A stretch of 30,387 nucleotides of DNA from a virus. Its lineage: Duplodnaviria; Caudoviricetes. Where the stretch lies: IMG/VR virus record IMGVR_UViG_3300025632_000052, positions 1-30,387 of that record; one strand, given 5' to 3'. The notes under the pieces were generated by a model. That model had not been told where the DNA came from, searched no databases, and worked only from the letters and a program-made list of their open reading frames with translations. Positions within the stretch are counted from its first letter, which is position 1; each line of letters begins with the position of its first letter. Positions 8,413-16,488 of the stretch are shown here, piece after piece. Position numbers and translations under genes: made by a program.

Positions 8413-8449
8413 CTTCGTAATTAAAACGAAATAAACTAAAAAAACTAAA

Positions 8450-8701
8450 ATGAAATCAAATTTTAAAATGAAGGAAGCGACTAACAAAGAAGAAGCTATT
8501 GTATCTATATTAGATGTGATAGATGAAAACCCACTTTGGCTTAACAAAATTACTAATAGCTTATTTATATTAGTAAAGAGTATTGAACCTGAACACAAAA
8601 GATTCTTATTAGAAAAATCAATAGATGAACAAGTAATTGATTTATTTGTTAAACTTAAAACTGAATACTATAACTTTAAAGACAATACACAATGGAGTTA
8701 A
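8450..8701 (+). CDS. Early hypothetical protein
   Basis: First ORF after the early promoter; A-rich start context. Confidence 0.7.
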   Translation: MKSNFKMKEATNKEEAIVSILDVIDENPLWLNKITNSLFILVKSIEPEHKRFLLEKSIDEQVIDLFVKLKTEYYNFKDNTQWS

Positions 8702-8976
8702 TTTGCGAGGACTACTACTTCTATAATAACGGAGTATATAAAACAATTGAAAAGCTTTCTCCTGAGGGATGGTTTCAAGATATAAAAAAAGTAGAACCTA
8801 GTATTAGAATTTTCGGAACTAGAGAACAAGTAGATGAAGCATTTGAAACTTATGTAGAATTAACAGGGCTTAATGTAGATGAATGTTATGACTATGAAAA
8901 TGAAGATAAGCTTAAAGAATATAAAGAACGGTACGATAAATTAACTAATAATAAAGCACTAATAACAACGATATGA
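8692..8976 (+). CDS. Early hypothetical protein (acidic)
   Basis: Overlap-coupled to both neighbours. Confidence 0.7.
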   Translation: MELICEDYYFYNNGVYKTIEKLSPEGWFQDIKKVEPSIRIFGTREQVDEAFETYVELTGLNVDECYDYENEDKLKEYKERYDKLTNNKALITTI

Positions 8977-9296
8977 TACCAATACCAATAGCAGACCCAA
9001 ATAGTGAAATAGACTTTACAGAAAAAGATATTGCACAAATGACAGAACAAGAAAAATTTATGAATGGAGTTATAGATAAATTTGGAAATTCAACAAAAGA
9101 AGAATTAATACATAAAAGAATGAATGACATTAATACTTTTCAAGCTCACGAAAACGAAGTATATTTGCGAGGAACAGATGAATGTGGTAATGACTTTCAG
9201 ATCTGTTTTGATAGCTACAACTTCTTAGAATGGATTGACAAAGAACAATTAGAATATATTAAAGAACAATTAACTAAATACATAAATACGAAATGA
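8973..9296 (+). CDS. Early hypothetical protein (acidic)
   Basis: ATGA overlaps at both ends. Confidence 0.7.
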   Translation: MIPIPIADPNSEIDFTEKDIAQMTEQEKFMNGVIDKFGNSTKEELIHKRMNDINTFQAHENEVYLRGTDECGNDFQICFDSYNFLEWIDKEQLEYIKEQLTKYINTK

Positions 9297-9595
9297 AAAC
9301 AAGTATAAATAGATTTGAATTTGCAGCTTGGTTTGCAGAACACAGGCCAAACAACTTTAGTCCAATAGGCAGGTTAGAATTATTTGAAATGTTAACTTCT
9401 TATGAAGAAGATACAGATGAAGAAATAGAATTTGACCCTATTGCTTTTTGTTGTGAATATACAGAATATGAAAATATGGAGGAATTTTGGAAAGAATATG
9501 ACGAAGAAGATTATCCTGATGAAGAAGCTATAATGGATGCTACGTTCTATTGGGCTTTTGAAAATGGAGATTCTTTTATAATACAAACCTTTTAA
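9293..9595 (+). CDS. Highly acidic protein, DNA-mimic/anti-defence candidate
   Basis: 28 D/E versus 5 K/R in 100 aa; aromatic-rich; early position. Confidence 0.5.
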   Translation: MKTSINRFEFAAWFAEHRPNNFSPIGRLELFEMLTSYEEDTDEEIEFDPIAFCCEYTEYENMEEFWKEYDEEDYPDEEAIMDATFYWAFENGDSFIIQTF

Positions 9596-9614
9596 CTAAT
9601 TAAATAATTGAAAT

Positions 9615-10010
9615 ATGAAAACTGAAAAGATTAAAGAAAAGTACCACCAATACGGACTAGACAAAGAAGATGTCTTTAAACATCAACACTATGTAATTAT
9701 CACAAGATCTGGAATTGATAAAATTCAGGCAATAGAAAATATCACTATTGATTATGAAGTTATTAATTGCGAAAGAGATTTTTGTGTAGTAAAAGCTTAT
9801 GGGTATAAAGAAAGCGAAGAAATAAAAATTCAAACATTTGGCTCAGCTTTAAAAGGCGAAGGGTTTAAAGATGGAAACTGTAACACTTGGTATGTAATGG
9901 AGATGGCTGAGAAAAGAGCTATGTCAAGAGCAGTACTAAAGCTTACAGGGTTCTATGAACTGGGAGTGTTTGGAGAAGATGAATCAGAAGATTTTAAAAA
10001 GAAATATTAA
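9615..10010 (+). CDS. Putative single-strand annealing protein (Sak/Rad52-like)
   Basis: CVVKA.G...TFGSA and EMAEKRAMSRA.....G......EDE pattern; directly upstream of the SSB. Confidence 0.55.
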   Translation: MKTEKIKEKYHQYGLDKEDVFKHQHYVIITRSGIDKIQAIENITIDYEVINCERDFCVVKAYGYKESEEIKIQTFGSALKGEGFKDGNCNTWYVMEMAEKRAMSRAVLKLTGFYELGVFGEDESEDFKKKY

Positions 10011-10028
10011 TCAATTAAATAAATAAAA

Positions 10029-10361
10029 ATGGAAGTAACAGGAAAATTAGTAAAGATACTTGACTTAGAAACAGGTACAAGTAAAGCAGGAAAAGAATGG
10101 CAAAAACAAACAGTAGTGATTGATTCAGGAGATGAATTTAATAACTTAACTGCTGTAAGTGCTTTTGGAGAAGATAAGATTAAGAACTTAAATAAACTAG
10201 ATATTGGTATGACAGTTTCTATTCTTTGTAATGTTTATTCAAGAGAATATAAAGGGAAATACTATCATAATATAGATGGCTACCACTTTACAAATCAAAG
10301 TGAAAATCCTGAAGTTAAAGACAGCTTTGTAACTACTGATGATAATGATTTACCTTTTTAG
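10029..10361 (+). CDS. ssb: Single-stranded DNA-binding protein (DUF3127 type)
   Basis: MEVTGK...G.SKAGKEWQKQ, SREYKGKYY; acidic tail ending in DLPF. Confidence 0.85.
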   Translation: MEVTGKLVKILDLETGTSKAGKEWQKQTVVIDSGDEFNNLTAVSAFGEDKIKNLNKLDIGMTVSILCNVYSREYKGKYYHNIDGYHFTNQSENPEVKDSFVTTDDNDLPF

Positions 10362-10363
10362 AT

Positions 10364-10873
10364 ATGACTGAAGAATTAAATTTTAAAGCAATATGCAACC
10401 TCACTACAAGGGTAATGGGGTTGCCAACAGGATCTTTAGCATTTAAGAGTAGGCAAAGAAAGTTGCAATCAGCACGTTCAATAGCAGGTTACATTGGTTT
10501 AACTGAAGAAGATATATCTAGAGTTGTTATAGCTAAAATACTAAACAGGGATAGAACTGCAACTTATCATTACGAAAGAACGCACAAAAAGAACTTTCAA
10601 AGGTGTCGTGTTTATAGAGATTGTTTTACTAAAATCTATAAAGAATATAAAAACATAGATGGAGAAAAGGATATTTTTATAAACAAAAGACAAATGAAAA
10701 GCCACTTATTACAAAACAGGGTAATAGAAAGTAAAAATTCTGATGTAAAATTAGAAGTAAAAAGTGGTAATGCGATCTGCTTTATAAACACTACTTACTT
10801 TGACTTTTCTAATCAGTTAAAAAACATTGAAAAAGCTATGGCAAACTATCATTATACAATAAAAATTATATGA
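10364..10873 (+). CDS. DnaA domain IV (C-terminal HTH)-like DNA-binding protein
   Basis: KSRQRKLQSARSIAGY...IAKILNRDRTATYH resembles the DnaA_C pattern SR.R....AR.IAMY...IG....RDHTTV.H. Confidence 0.65.
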   Translation: MTEELNFKAICNLTTRVMGLPTGSLAFKSRQRKLQSARSIAGYIGLTEEDISRVVIAKILNRDRTATYHYERTHKKNFQRCRVYRDCFTKIYKEYKNIDGEKDIFINKRQMKSHLLQNRVIESKNSDVKLEVKSGNAICFINTTYFDFSNQLKNIEKAMANYHYTIKII

Positions 10874-11490
10874 AACACTTGCTAAGCTCATCAGCTTTTT
10901 TGGTTTTAAATAAAGAATTGGCAAGGAGAGTTGGATTAAATTCAGCTATACTTCTTTCCGACTTAATTAGCAAAGAAGAATATTTTATATCAAATGGCGT
11001 TACTGATGGGTGGTTTTTTAACACTGAAGCTAATATTGAGAAAGACACTACCCTAACTCCTTACCAACAAAGAAAGTGTCTTAAAACGCTTAAAACAGAA
11101 GGGTTAATAGAAATTAAAAGAAAAGGAATACCTGCTAAACAATTCTTTAAAATAAACGAAGAACAAGTTGTTAAGTTTCTTAAGGACTTGTCAGCAACAA
11201 ACTTAAGGACTATTAATAATAATAAAGTAATAAAAATAAACAATAAATACTTTAAAAAGCCGACTATAATTGAAATCGGATCTTATTGTAAAGAAAGGAA
11301 TAATAATATAGATCCTGAAGCTTTTTTTGATTTTTATGAAAGCAAAGATTGGTTTGTAGGAAAGTCAAAAATGAAATGTTGGAAAAGTGCTGTAAGGAAT
11401 TGGGAACGCAGAGATAAAATAAAACCTAAATCAACAAGCAAGTTACACTCACAAATAAACGCTTGGCAAGAAGCTAAAAAACTATTATGA
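10870..11490 (+). CDS. Replication initiator / replisome organiser
   Basis: N-terminal wHTH (LARRVGLNSAILL, LKTEGLIE.KR.G.P), low-complexity linker, C-terminal FKKPT..E....C......D...FFDFYES..W.VGK.KMK.WKSAVRNW. Confidence 0.75.
   Translation: MKHLLSSSAFLVLNKELARRVGLNSAILLSDLISKEEYFISNGVTDGWFFNTEANIEKDTTLTPYQQRKCLKTLKTEGLIEIKRKGIPAKQFFKINEEQVVKFLKDLSATNLRTINNNKVIKINNKYFKKPTIIEIGSYCKERNNNIDPEAFFDFYESKDWFVGKSKMKCWKSAVRNWERRDKIKPKSTSKLHSQINAWQEAKKLL
11163..11257. other. Candidate replication origin inside the initiator gene
   Basis: CTTAAGGACT at 11179 and 11202, inverted TTAAGTTT/AAACTTAA, then a very AT-rich tract. Confidence 0.45.
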
Positions 11491-11849
11491 AAACACTAAA
11501 AAACGAAAACCTAAAAGAACTAGCTGAAAAAGTGTTAGACTTAGTCGCTAGAACCTCAGTAGAGATAGGACACAAAACAGATCCAAGCACTATGGCTAAC
11601 CTTAGCAAGATCTTTGCTCAAGACTTGATTCAAGAGAAACGCTTTGGGAATATGACTTTTAATCAAATTCAAGATGCTTTTAGGCAAGGCATAAGATTTG
11701 GCAAAGATGAACCTTTTTTAAATATTAGAACTTTTTACAAGTGGACTTATGCTCACAAGAAAGTTGTAGATGATGCTTATCATCAAGTACATACTTTAGG
11801 ACAAAAGAATGTACCCTTTTATCAAGAACCAATAAAACTACTTAAATGA
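11487..11849 (+). CDS. Hypothetical protein, possible helicase loader
   Basis: ATGA-coupled to the initiator; helical; function inferred from position only. Confidence 0.45.
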   Translation: MKTLKNENLKELAEKVLDLVARTSVEIGHKTDPSTMANLSKIFAQDLIQEKRFGNMTFNQIQDAFRQGIRFGKDEPFLNIRTFYKWTYAHKKVVDDAYHQVHTLGQKNVPFYQEPIKLLK

Positions 11850-11908
11850 TAGGGTGGGTAATAATAACAGCAATAGTGCTATGGCTAATTAGAAAACTAA
11901 GAGAATGA
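11846..11908 (+). CDS. 20-aa single-helix membrane peptide (not in ORF track)
   Basis: MIGWVIITAIVLWLIRKLRE; ATGA overlaps at both ends, filling the gap exactly. Confidence 0.65.
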   Translation: MIGWVIITAIVLWLIRKLRE

Positions 11909-12318
11909 CAACAAGACAAACATCAATAGATTGCTTTAATCAAATTAAAGAAGAAGGACTTTTATCTAATATGAGGTTTAGAGTTTATTCAGCTTTATTG
12001 GCTATGGGGAAACCATCTACAACTAGAGAGGTTTACGAAACTATGAATGTCATTAAACAAGAAGCAACAAGATTTACTGAGTTACGAAATCTTGGGGTTA
12101 TTTATGAAGTACAAAATAGAAAGTGTAATATTACAGGAAGAACATCAATAGAGTGGGATCTGACAGACAGACTTCCTGTAAATATGAAAAAGACTAATAA
12201 AACAAAAAAACACAGAAAAGATGATGCTTTAAATTTATTAAGGGAATTATATAAAAATAAAAATAATAGTACAGTTGAGGATTGGAAAGAGGTTGCTAAT
12301 TTGATTAAGAGTATATGA
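11905..12318 (+). CDS. Winged-helix DNA-binding protein
   Basis: TTREV....,  RFTELRNLGVIYEV..RKC.ITGR....W pattern. Confidence 0.6.
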   Translation: MTTRQTSIDCFNQIKEEGLLSNMRFRVYSALLAMGKPSTTREVYETMNVIKQEATRFTELRNLGVIYEVQNRKCNITGRTSIEWDLTDRLPVNMKKTNKTKKHRKDDALNLLRELYKNKNNSTVEDWKEVANLIKSI

Positions 12319-13190
12319 AAACAGTAAATAGTCTTAGTGGGGGTAAAACCTCAAGTTATATAGCAGCAAACTATCCTGCTGACTATAATGTATTTGCACT
12401 TGTTAGGACTGATGACAAGTCTTGTCTTTACCCTGATAAGAAACTTAGACAGATGGTATCAGATAAAATAGGAGTTGAATTTATAGGAACTTTAGAGCAG
12501 GATAACATAATAAAAGTTATGCTAGACTTAGAACAATTTATAGGTAAAGAAATAACTTGGCTAAGTCCTAAAACTTTTGATGAAATAATAAATGGAGATT
12601 GGAATAAAGGGAAGAATGGAAAACATTATTTACCTAATTTAATGACTAGATACTGTACTACTAAAATGAAAATGAAACCGATATTTGAATGGTGGCAAAA
12701 AGAGATAAATGAAATAGTAGAAATGCGTATAGGGTTTAGAGCTACGGAAATGAATAGAGCAAAAAGAGTTATAGATAAACTTAATGCTGATGGAGTTGAT
12801 GAGATGAAAGCAGTAATAGGTAAAAGTAAAACAGGGAACAGAAAAAAGTGGGGAATGGTAGAATGGAGAATACCTACTTTTCCTTTGATACCTGCTAATA
12901 TAAACAATGATAAAATTTTTAACTATTGGCAAAAGAATAAAGAAGTATCGTTTGCTGATGGATATTATAATAATTGCGTAGGGTGTTTTCATAGAAACCC
13001 TGTTTTTTTAAATAAGATGAGCAAAGAGCATAAAAACAAAATGGAATGGTTTGCAAATATAGAAGCCGAAAACTTTCCTAATACATTTAGAAAAGATTGC
13101 ACTTATAAAGAAATACTAGACTATAAACCACAGATAGAATTATCTTTTGAAGATTTTGATGAATGTGACAGTGGATATTGTGGACTATGA
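12315..13190 (+). CDS. PAPS-reductase-like adenine nucleotide alpha-hydrolase (PP-loop), Cys-rich
   Basis: SLSGGKTS PP-loop, RYCT..MK..P, IGFRA.E..RA, NCVGCF, C-terminal ECDSGYCGL. Confidence 0.8.
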   Translation: MKTVNSLSGGKTSSYIAANYPADYNVFALVRTDDKSCLYPDKKLRQMVSDKIGVEFIGTLEQDNIIKVMLDLEQFIGKEITWLSPKTFDEIINGDWNKGKNGKHYLPNLMTRYCTTKMKMKPIFEWWQKEINEIVEMRIGFRATEMNRAKRVIDKLNADGVDEMKAVIGKSKTGNRKKWGMVEWRIPTFPLIPANINNDKIFNYWQKNKEVSFADGYYNNCVGCFHRNPVFLNKMSKEHKNKMEWFANIEAENFPNTFRKDCTYKEILDYKPQIELSFEDFDECDSGYCGL

Positions 13191-13594
13191 AAACAATTAG
13201 TAAATTAAAAAAAGAACTAGATAAGTGGTTCAGTCTTTACATAAGACTTAGAGATGCTACTGATGAGGGATTGGTTCAATGTATAACTTGCTCAAAGGTT
13301 TCATATTATAAATCAGGTATGCAAAATGGACATTTCCAAAGTAGAAGTTATTTAGCAACAAGATTTTGTGAAATTAACTGCCAACCTCAATGTGTAGGGT
13401 GTAATATGTTTAAGCAGGGAGAGCAGTATAAATTTGCTTTAGCTTTAGACTTTAAGTATGGAGAAGGAACTGCTGATAAAATACAAATTAACGCTAGACA
13501 AATACAAAAGTTTTCTAGGGTTGATTATGAAGATAAGATCAGTTATTATAAATCACTTGTTGAAAACTTAAAAAAAGAAAAGGGAATAGAATAA
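13187..13594 (+). CDS. ninG: NinG/Rap-like recombination nuclease (ATG 13187 preferred)
   Basis: LDKWFSLYIRLRD, CITC, GHFQSR, RF.E.N...QC..CN. Confidence 0.85.
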   Translation: MKTISKLKKELDKWFSLYIRLRDATDEGLVQCITCSKVSYYKSGMQNGHFQSRSYLATRFCEINCQPQCVGCNMFKQGEQYKFALALDFKYGEGTADKIQINARQIQKFSRVDYEDKISYYKSLVENLKKEKGIE

Positions 13595-13603
13595 CTTTTT
13601 TAT

Positions 13604-13611
13604 TATCTTTG
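13604..13611 (+). promoter_or_regulatory. Host-type -7 promoter element ahead of the sigma-factor operon
   Basis: TATCTTTG in a 21-nt intergenic gap, 4 nt before ATG 13616; no clear -33 TTTG. Confidence 0.55.
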
Positions 13612-13615
13612 ACTT

Positions 13616-13972
13616 ATGCTTAAACCGATTTATTCAAGTGAAGAACACAGATCAATAGTTGAGGTTTATATTACAATGTGTAAACAATTCTCACAAGAAG
13701 TATCAACCCAAGCAAGATATAAAAACTATTTAGAGGTTATAGATTTGATTACAGAATACCATAATGGCTATGGAGAAGGGCTGAGAGAGAATAACTTTTA
13801 TGATTGGATAACTATTATACCAATTAACTTATCAGTTGCTACCAGTGGTTTTTTTGCAGGAATAGAAACCAAAACTAACTCAGCTTCTATTAGAGCTTAT
13901 AAAGTTGTGTTAGATCAAATGTTACAAGAAGTAGTAGGAAAGCTGGATAACTTAGAAACTACTAATGAATAA
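13616..13972 (+). CDS. Hypothetical protein
   Basis: 118 aa; overlaps the start of the sigma-like gene. Confidence 0.7.
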   Translation: MLKPIYSSEEHRSIVEVYITMCKQFSQEVSTQARYKNYLEVIDLITEYHNGYGEGLRENNFYDWITIIPINLSVATSGFFAGIETKTNSASIRAYKVVLDQMLQEVVGKLDNLETTNE

Positions 13973-14546
13973 AATATATAAAGAAATAGCTACGCTTAGT
14001 GATAAGTTTAGGGCTATGGCTTTTGGATTGACCACTGATGAGAATAAAATAAATAACGCTGTTCAGGAATTGATGCTCTACTTTTTACAAATGAACCCTG
14101 ACACCCTTAAAAGTATTTACGACAAAGATGGATTGGAAGGAGTTACAAGATATGGAGCAGTAGCACTAAGGAGAGCTTTAACAAGTCCTAGAAGTAGCTT
14201 CTATTATAAGTATGAAAAATATTACACACATATTGATAGCTCTATTTATAGTTCTAATACAACTAATACTGATGAGTTTTTTATTCCTGATGGTTTTAAC
14301 TATAAAGATATATCAAACATACCTAATGAAGAAGTAGATAATAATAAGTTAAACAAGATAGAACAAATAGATAAAGTATTAGATAATGTGTATTGGTATG
14401 ATAAAAAAATATTTGAGCTTTATTACTATGAAGGAAATACTCTTGATAGTTTAGCTGCAAAGACTAAGATAAGCAGGAATAGTATTTTTAACACAATAGA
14501 CAAAGTAAGAACAATAATTAAAAAGAAATTAAATGAAAATGTATAA
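13965..14546 (+). CDS. ECF-like RNA polymerase sigma factor
   Basis: Region-2-like NNAVQELMLYFL; region-4 HTH YDKKIFELYYYEGNTLDSLAAKTKISRNSIFNTIDKVR. Confidence 0.75.
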   Translation: MNKIYKEIATLSDKFRAMAFGLTTDENKINNAVQELMLYFLQMNPDTLKSIYDKDGLEGVTRYGAVALRRALTSPRSSFYYKYEKYYTHIDSSIYSSNTTNTDEFFIPDGFNYKDISNIPNEEVDNNKLNKIEQIDKVLDNVYWYDKKIFELYYYEGNTLDSLAAKTKISRNSIFNTIDKVRTIIKKKLNENV

Positions 14547-14613
14547 CCCAAAAACACAAGACAGTTTTTTTATGCAATTTGGATTTGAATATCCAAGACT
14601 TGTAATAGCGTGA
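14533..14613 (+). CDS. 26-aa peptide (not in ORF track)
   Basis: MKMYNPKTQDSFFMQFGFEYPRLVIA; its stop overlaps the GTG start at 14610 (GTGA). Confidence 0.5.
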   Translation: MKMYNPKTQDSFFMQFGFEYPRLVIA

Positions 14614-15011
14614 ACAAGTTTTTTGTACCAAATGAAGTGTATGAAGATAGAATAGCAATATGCCGATCTTGTGTTTACTATAAAAAGTTATTAGGAAACT
14701 GCTCAATATGTAAATGCTTTATGAAAGTAAAAGCAAGAATAGCACCAATGGCTTGTCCTCAGAAGTATTGGGATAAAACAACAGAAGTAGAAACTCCTGA
14801 TGATTTACCTCAAGAAATAATAGATGAGATTTTAGATATGTGGAAAGACTTAAAGACAGGTAGAGCAAAAGATGTACAAGCAAAAAAAAGAATGATAGAA
14901 ACTTACAATACAATATACAATACTAATTACACACCAGGAACTAATTGCGGCTCTTGTATATCAACTTGCTTTGATGGAATAAAGAAACTATATAAAAAAT
15001 ATACAGAATGA
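14610..15011 (+). CDS. Cys-rich (Zn-binding) protein
   Basis: R..IC..C...C..C.CF...K......CP..W domain plus C-terminal CGSC. Confidence 0.7.
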   Translation: MNKFFVPNEVYEDRIAICRSCVYYKKLLGNCSICKCFMKVKARIAPMACPQKYWDKTTEVETPDDLPQEIIDEILDMWKDLKTGRAKDVQAKKRMIETYNTIYNTNYTPGTNCGSCISTCFDGIKKLYKKYTE

Positions 15012-15238
15012 GTTATTTAGCACACTTAAAAAGAAATAAGCACCACCACTCAAGTAGATGGATAGTAAAATATGATGATAATAAGTTAGTAAGGGAAGTG
15101 AAATTAATCTATTCTCCTGAAGAATACAGAAAATCCTCAAGATCCAGAACGCTTAATACACAAGAAGGACTAATTAAAATACTAGAAAATGACAAAGAAA
15201 GAAGAAATACCCCATTATTACATAGGAAAGAATTATAA
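15008..15238 (+). CDS. Basic hypothetical protein
   Basis: ATGA-coupled ORF. Confidence 0.55.
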   Translation: MSYLAHLKRNKHHHSSRWIVKYDDNKLVREVKLIYSPEEYRKSSRSRTLNTQEGLIKILENDKERRNTPLLHRKEL

Positions 15239-15440
15239 AATAGAAGCTAGGAAAGTTATAGAAGATTTTCAAGCTGATAGCTATAATATAGGAACAGCTA
15301 TAACTTATCTTTTAAGAGCAGGTAAAAAAGAAGGGAATCCTGCTGAACAAGATATTAGAAAAGCTATTAATCACTTACACTTTGAATTAGATAGAATCTT
15401 TGAAGGGGGTAAAGTTAAAACAGGAGGACTAGCACAATGA
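15189..15440 (+). CDS. DUF3310-like protein
   Basis: PHYY....IEA..VIE.....NIGTAI.YL.RAGKK.....DIRKA...L. Confidence 0.75.
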   Translation: MTKKEEIPHYYIGKNYKIEARKVIEDFQADSYNIGTAITYLLRAGKKEGNPAEQDIRKAINHLHFELDRIFEGGKVKTGGLAQ

Positions 15441-15694
15441 CACTATATAAATGTGAATGCGGAAATGAGCAGGAAATAGGGAAAGCAACAATAGCTTTTA
15501 GAGATGGTAAATGGAGAACTATTCAAGCTCTTTGTGATTGTGGTTTATGGATGCAATCAGAACCTACTGAGGGTATGCCTAGTATAAAAAGAACTGAAGC
15601 ATCTTTAAGTAAAAAGAAAAGAGGGGATATGCTTTGGGAAGGTGCTAAAGAAAAACTAGTAGGAGAAAGAGGTGTCAATGAATCATTTGATTAA
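15437..15694 (+). CDS. Zn-ribbon protein
   Basis: CECG and CDCG pairs. Confidence 0.65.
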   Translation: MTLYKCECGNEQEIGKATIAFRDGKWRTIQALCDCGLWMQSEPTEGMPSIKRTEASLSKKKRGDMLWEGAKEKLVGERGVNESFD

Positions 15695-15697
15695 GAT

Positions 15698-15901
15698 ATG
15701 AAAGCACGTTCTACAAAATATTTAAAAGAACTGACAAAGAAAGCAGTAAAGTATTATTTTGAAAATTCTAATAATAGCTTAAAATATATATCTAAAAAAT
15801 TTAATATTAATCAAGATATGTTAAGTGATGGAATTAGCAAAGAACTAAAGAAAAGAGTAGACAACAGCTTAACTAGAAAATACATAAAAAAATTTAATTA
15901 A
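15698..15901 (+). CDS. Small basic HTH-like protein
   Basis: SLKYISKKFNINQDMLS. Confidence 0.5.
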   Translation: MKARSTKYLKELTKKAVKYYFENSNNSLKYISKKFNINQDMLSDGISKELKKRVDNSLTRKYIKKFN

Positions 15902-15927
15902 ATAAATAACTAAAAATTCTATTATAT
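15901..15927 (+). promoter_or_regulatory. Putative phage late promoter, copy 2
   Basis: AATAAA-N11-TCTATTATAT, 3 nt before ATG 15931. Confidence 0.7.
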
Positions 15928-15930
15928 ACT

Positions 15931-16488
15931 ATGAAACTAAAAATCAACCAATTAAAACCAAATAGCAGCAATCCAAGAATAATTAAAGAAGCAAAATTCA
16001 AAAAGCTTGTACAAAGCATTAAAGACTTTCCTGAAATGTTAGAGCTAAGACCTGTTATATTAGATGAAGATATGACTATCTTAGGGGGTAATATGAGATA
16101 CAAAGCTTGTGTAGAAGCAGGTTTAAAAGAAGTCCCTGTTAAAATAGCTAAAGGATTAACAGAAGAACAAAAGCAAGAGTTCATAGTAAAAGACAATGTA
16201 GGGTTCGGAGAATGGGATTGGGATGCTTTAGGCAACGAATGGAACAATGCTAAGTTAGGAGAATGGGGTATGGATGTATGGCAACCTGAAGAAGCAGTAG
16301 ACTATTCTGTATTAGATGACATAGACTTAGGATCAACTTTGCACGAAAAAGAAAAAGGTGTAAAGAGAGCAATACAAATAGAGTTTAGTGCAGAGCATTA
16401 TGAAGAAGCTAACACGCTAATAAACAAAGCAAGATCGGAAGGCAAGAATGTAGGGTTAATTGTTTTAAACGCTTTAAAGAATGATTAA
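15931..16488 (+). CDS. parB: ParB/Srx-domain protein
   Basis: LKPN..NPR.I, LVQSIKDFPEMLELRPV, ILGGNMRYKA, KDNV.FGEWD. Confidence 0.88.
   Translation: MKLKINQLKPNSSNPRIIKEAKFKKLVQSIKDFPEMLELRPVILDEDMTILGGNMRYKACVEAGLKEVPVKIAKGLTEEQKQEFIVKDNVGFGEWDWDALGNEWNNAKLGEWGMDVWQPEEAVDYSVLDDIDLGSTLHEKEKGVKRAIQIEFSAEHYEEANTLINKARSEGKNVGLIVLNALKND

Noticed and set aside
8317-8438. 10-bp inverted repeat TAGTTTATTT / AAATAAACTA flanking the early promoter (invertible switch?)
   Set aside because: Short, 90% AT, and no recombinase gene in the genome; likely chance
14200-14209. TCTATTATAA near-match to the late promoter (also TCTATTATT at 3992)
   Set aside because: Intragenic, lacks the upstream AATAAA at the right spacing, and no adjacent start codon
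15931-16488. ParB as evidence of a plasmid-prophage partition system
   Set aside because: No ParA or repressor recognised; the gene is in the late packaging/modification operon
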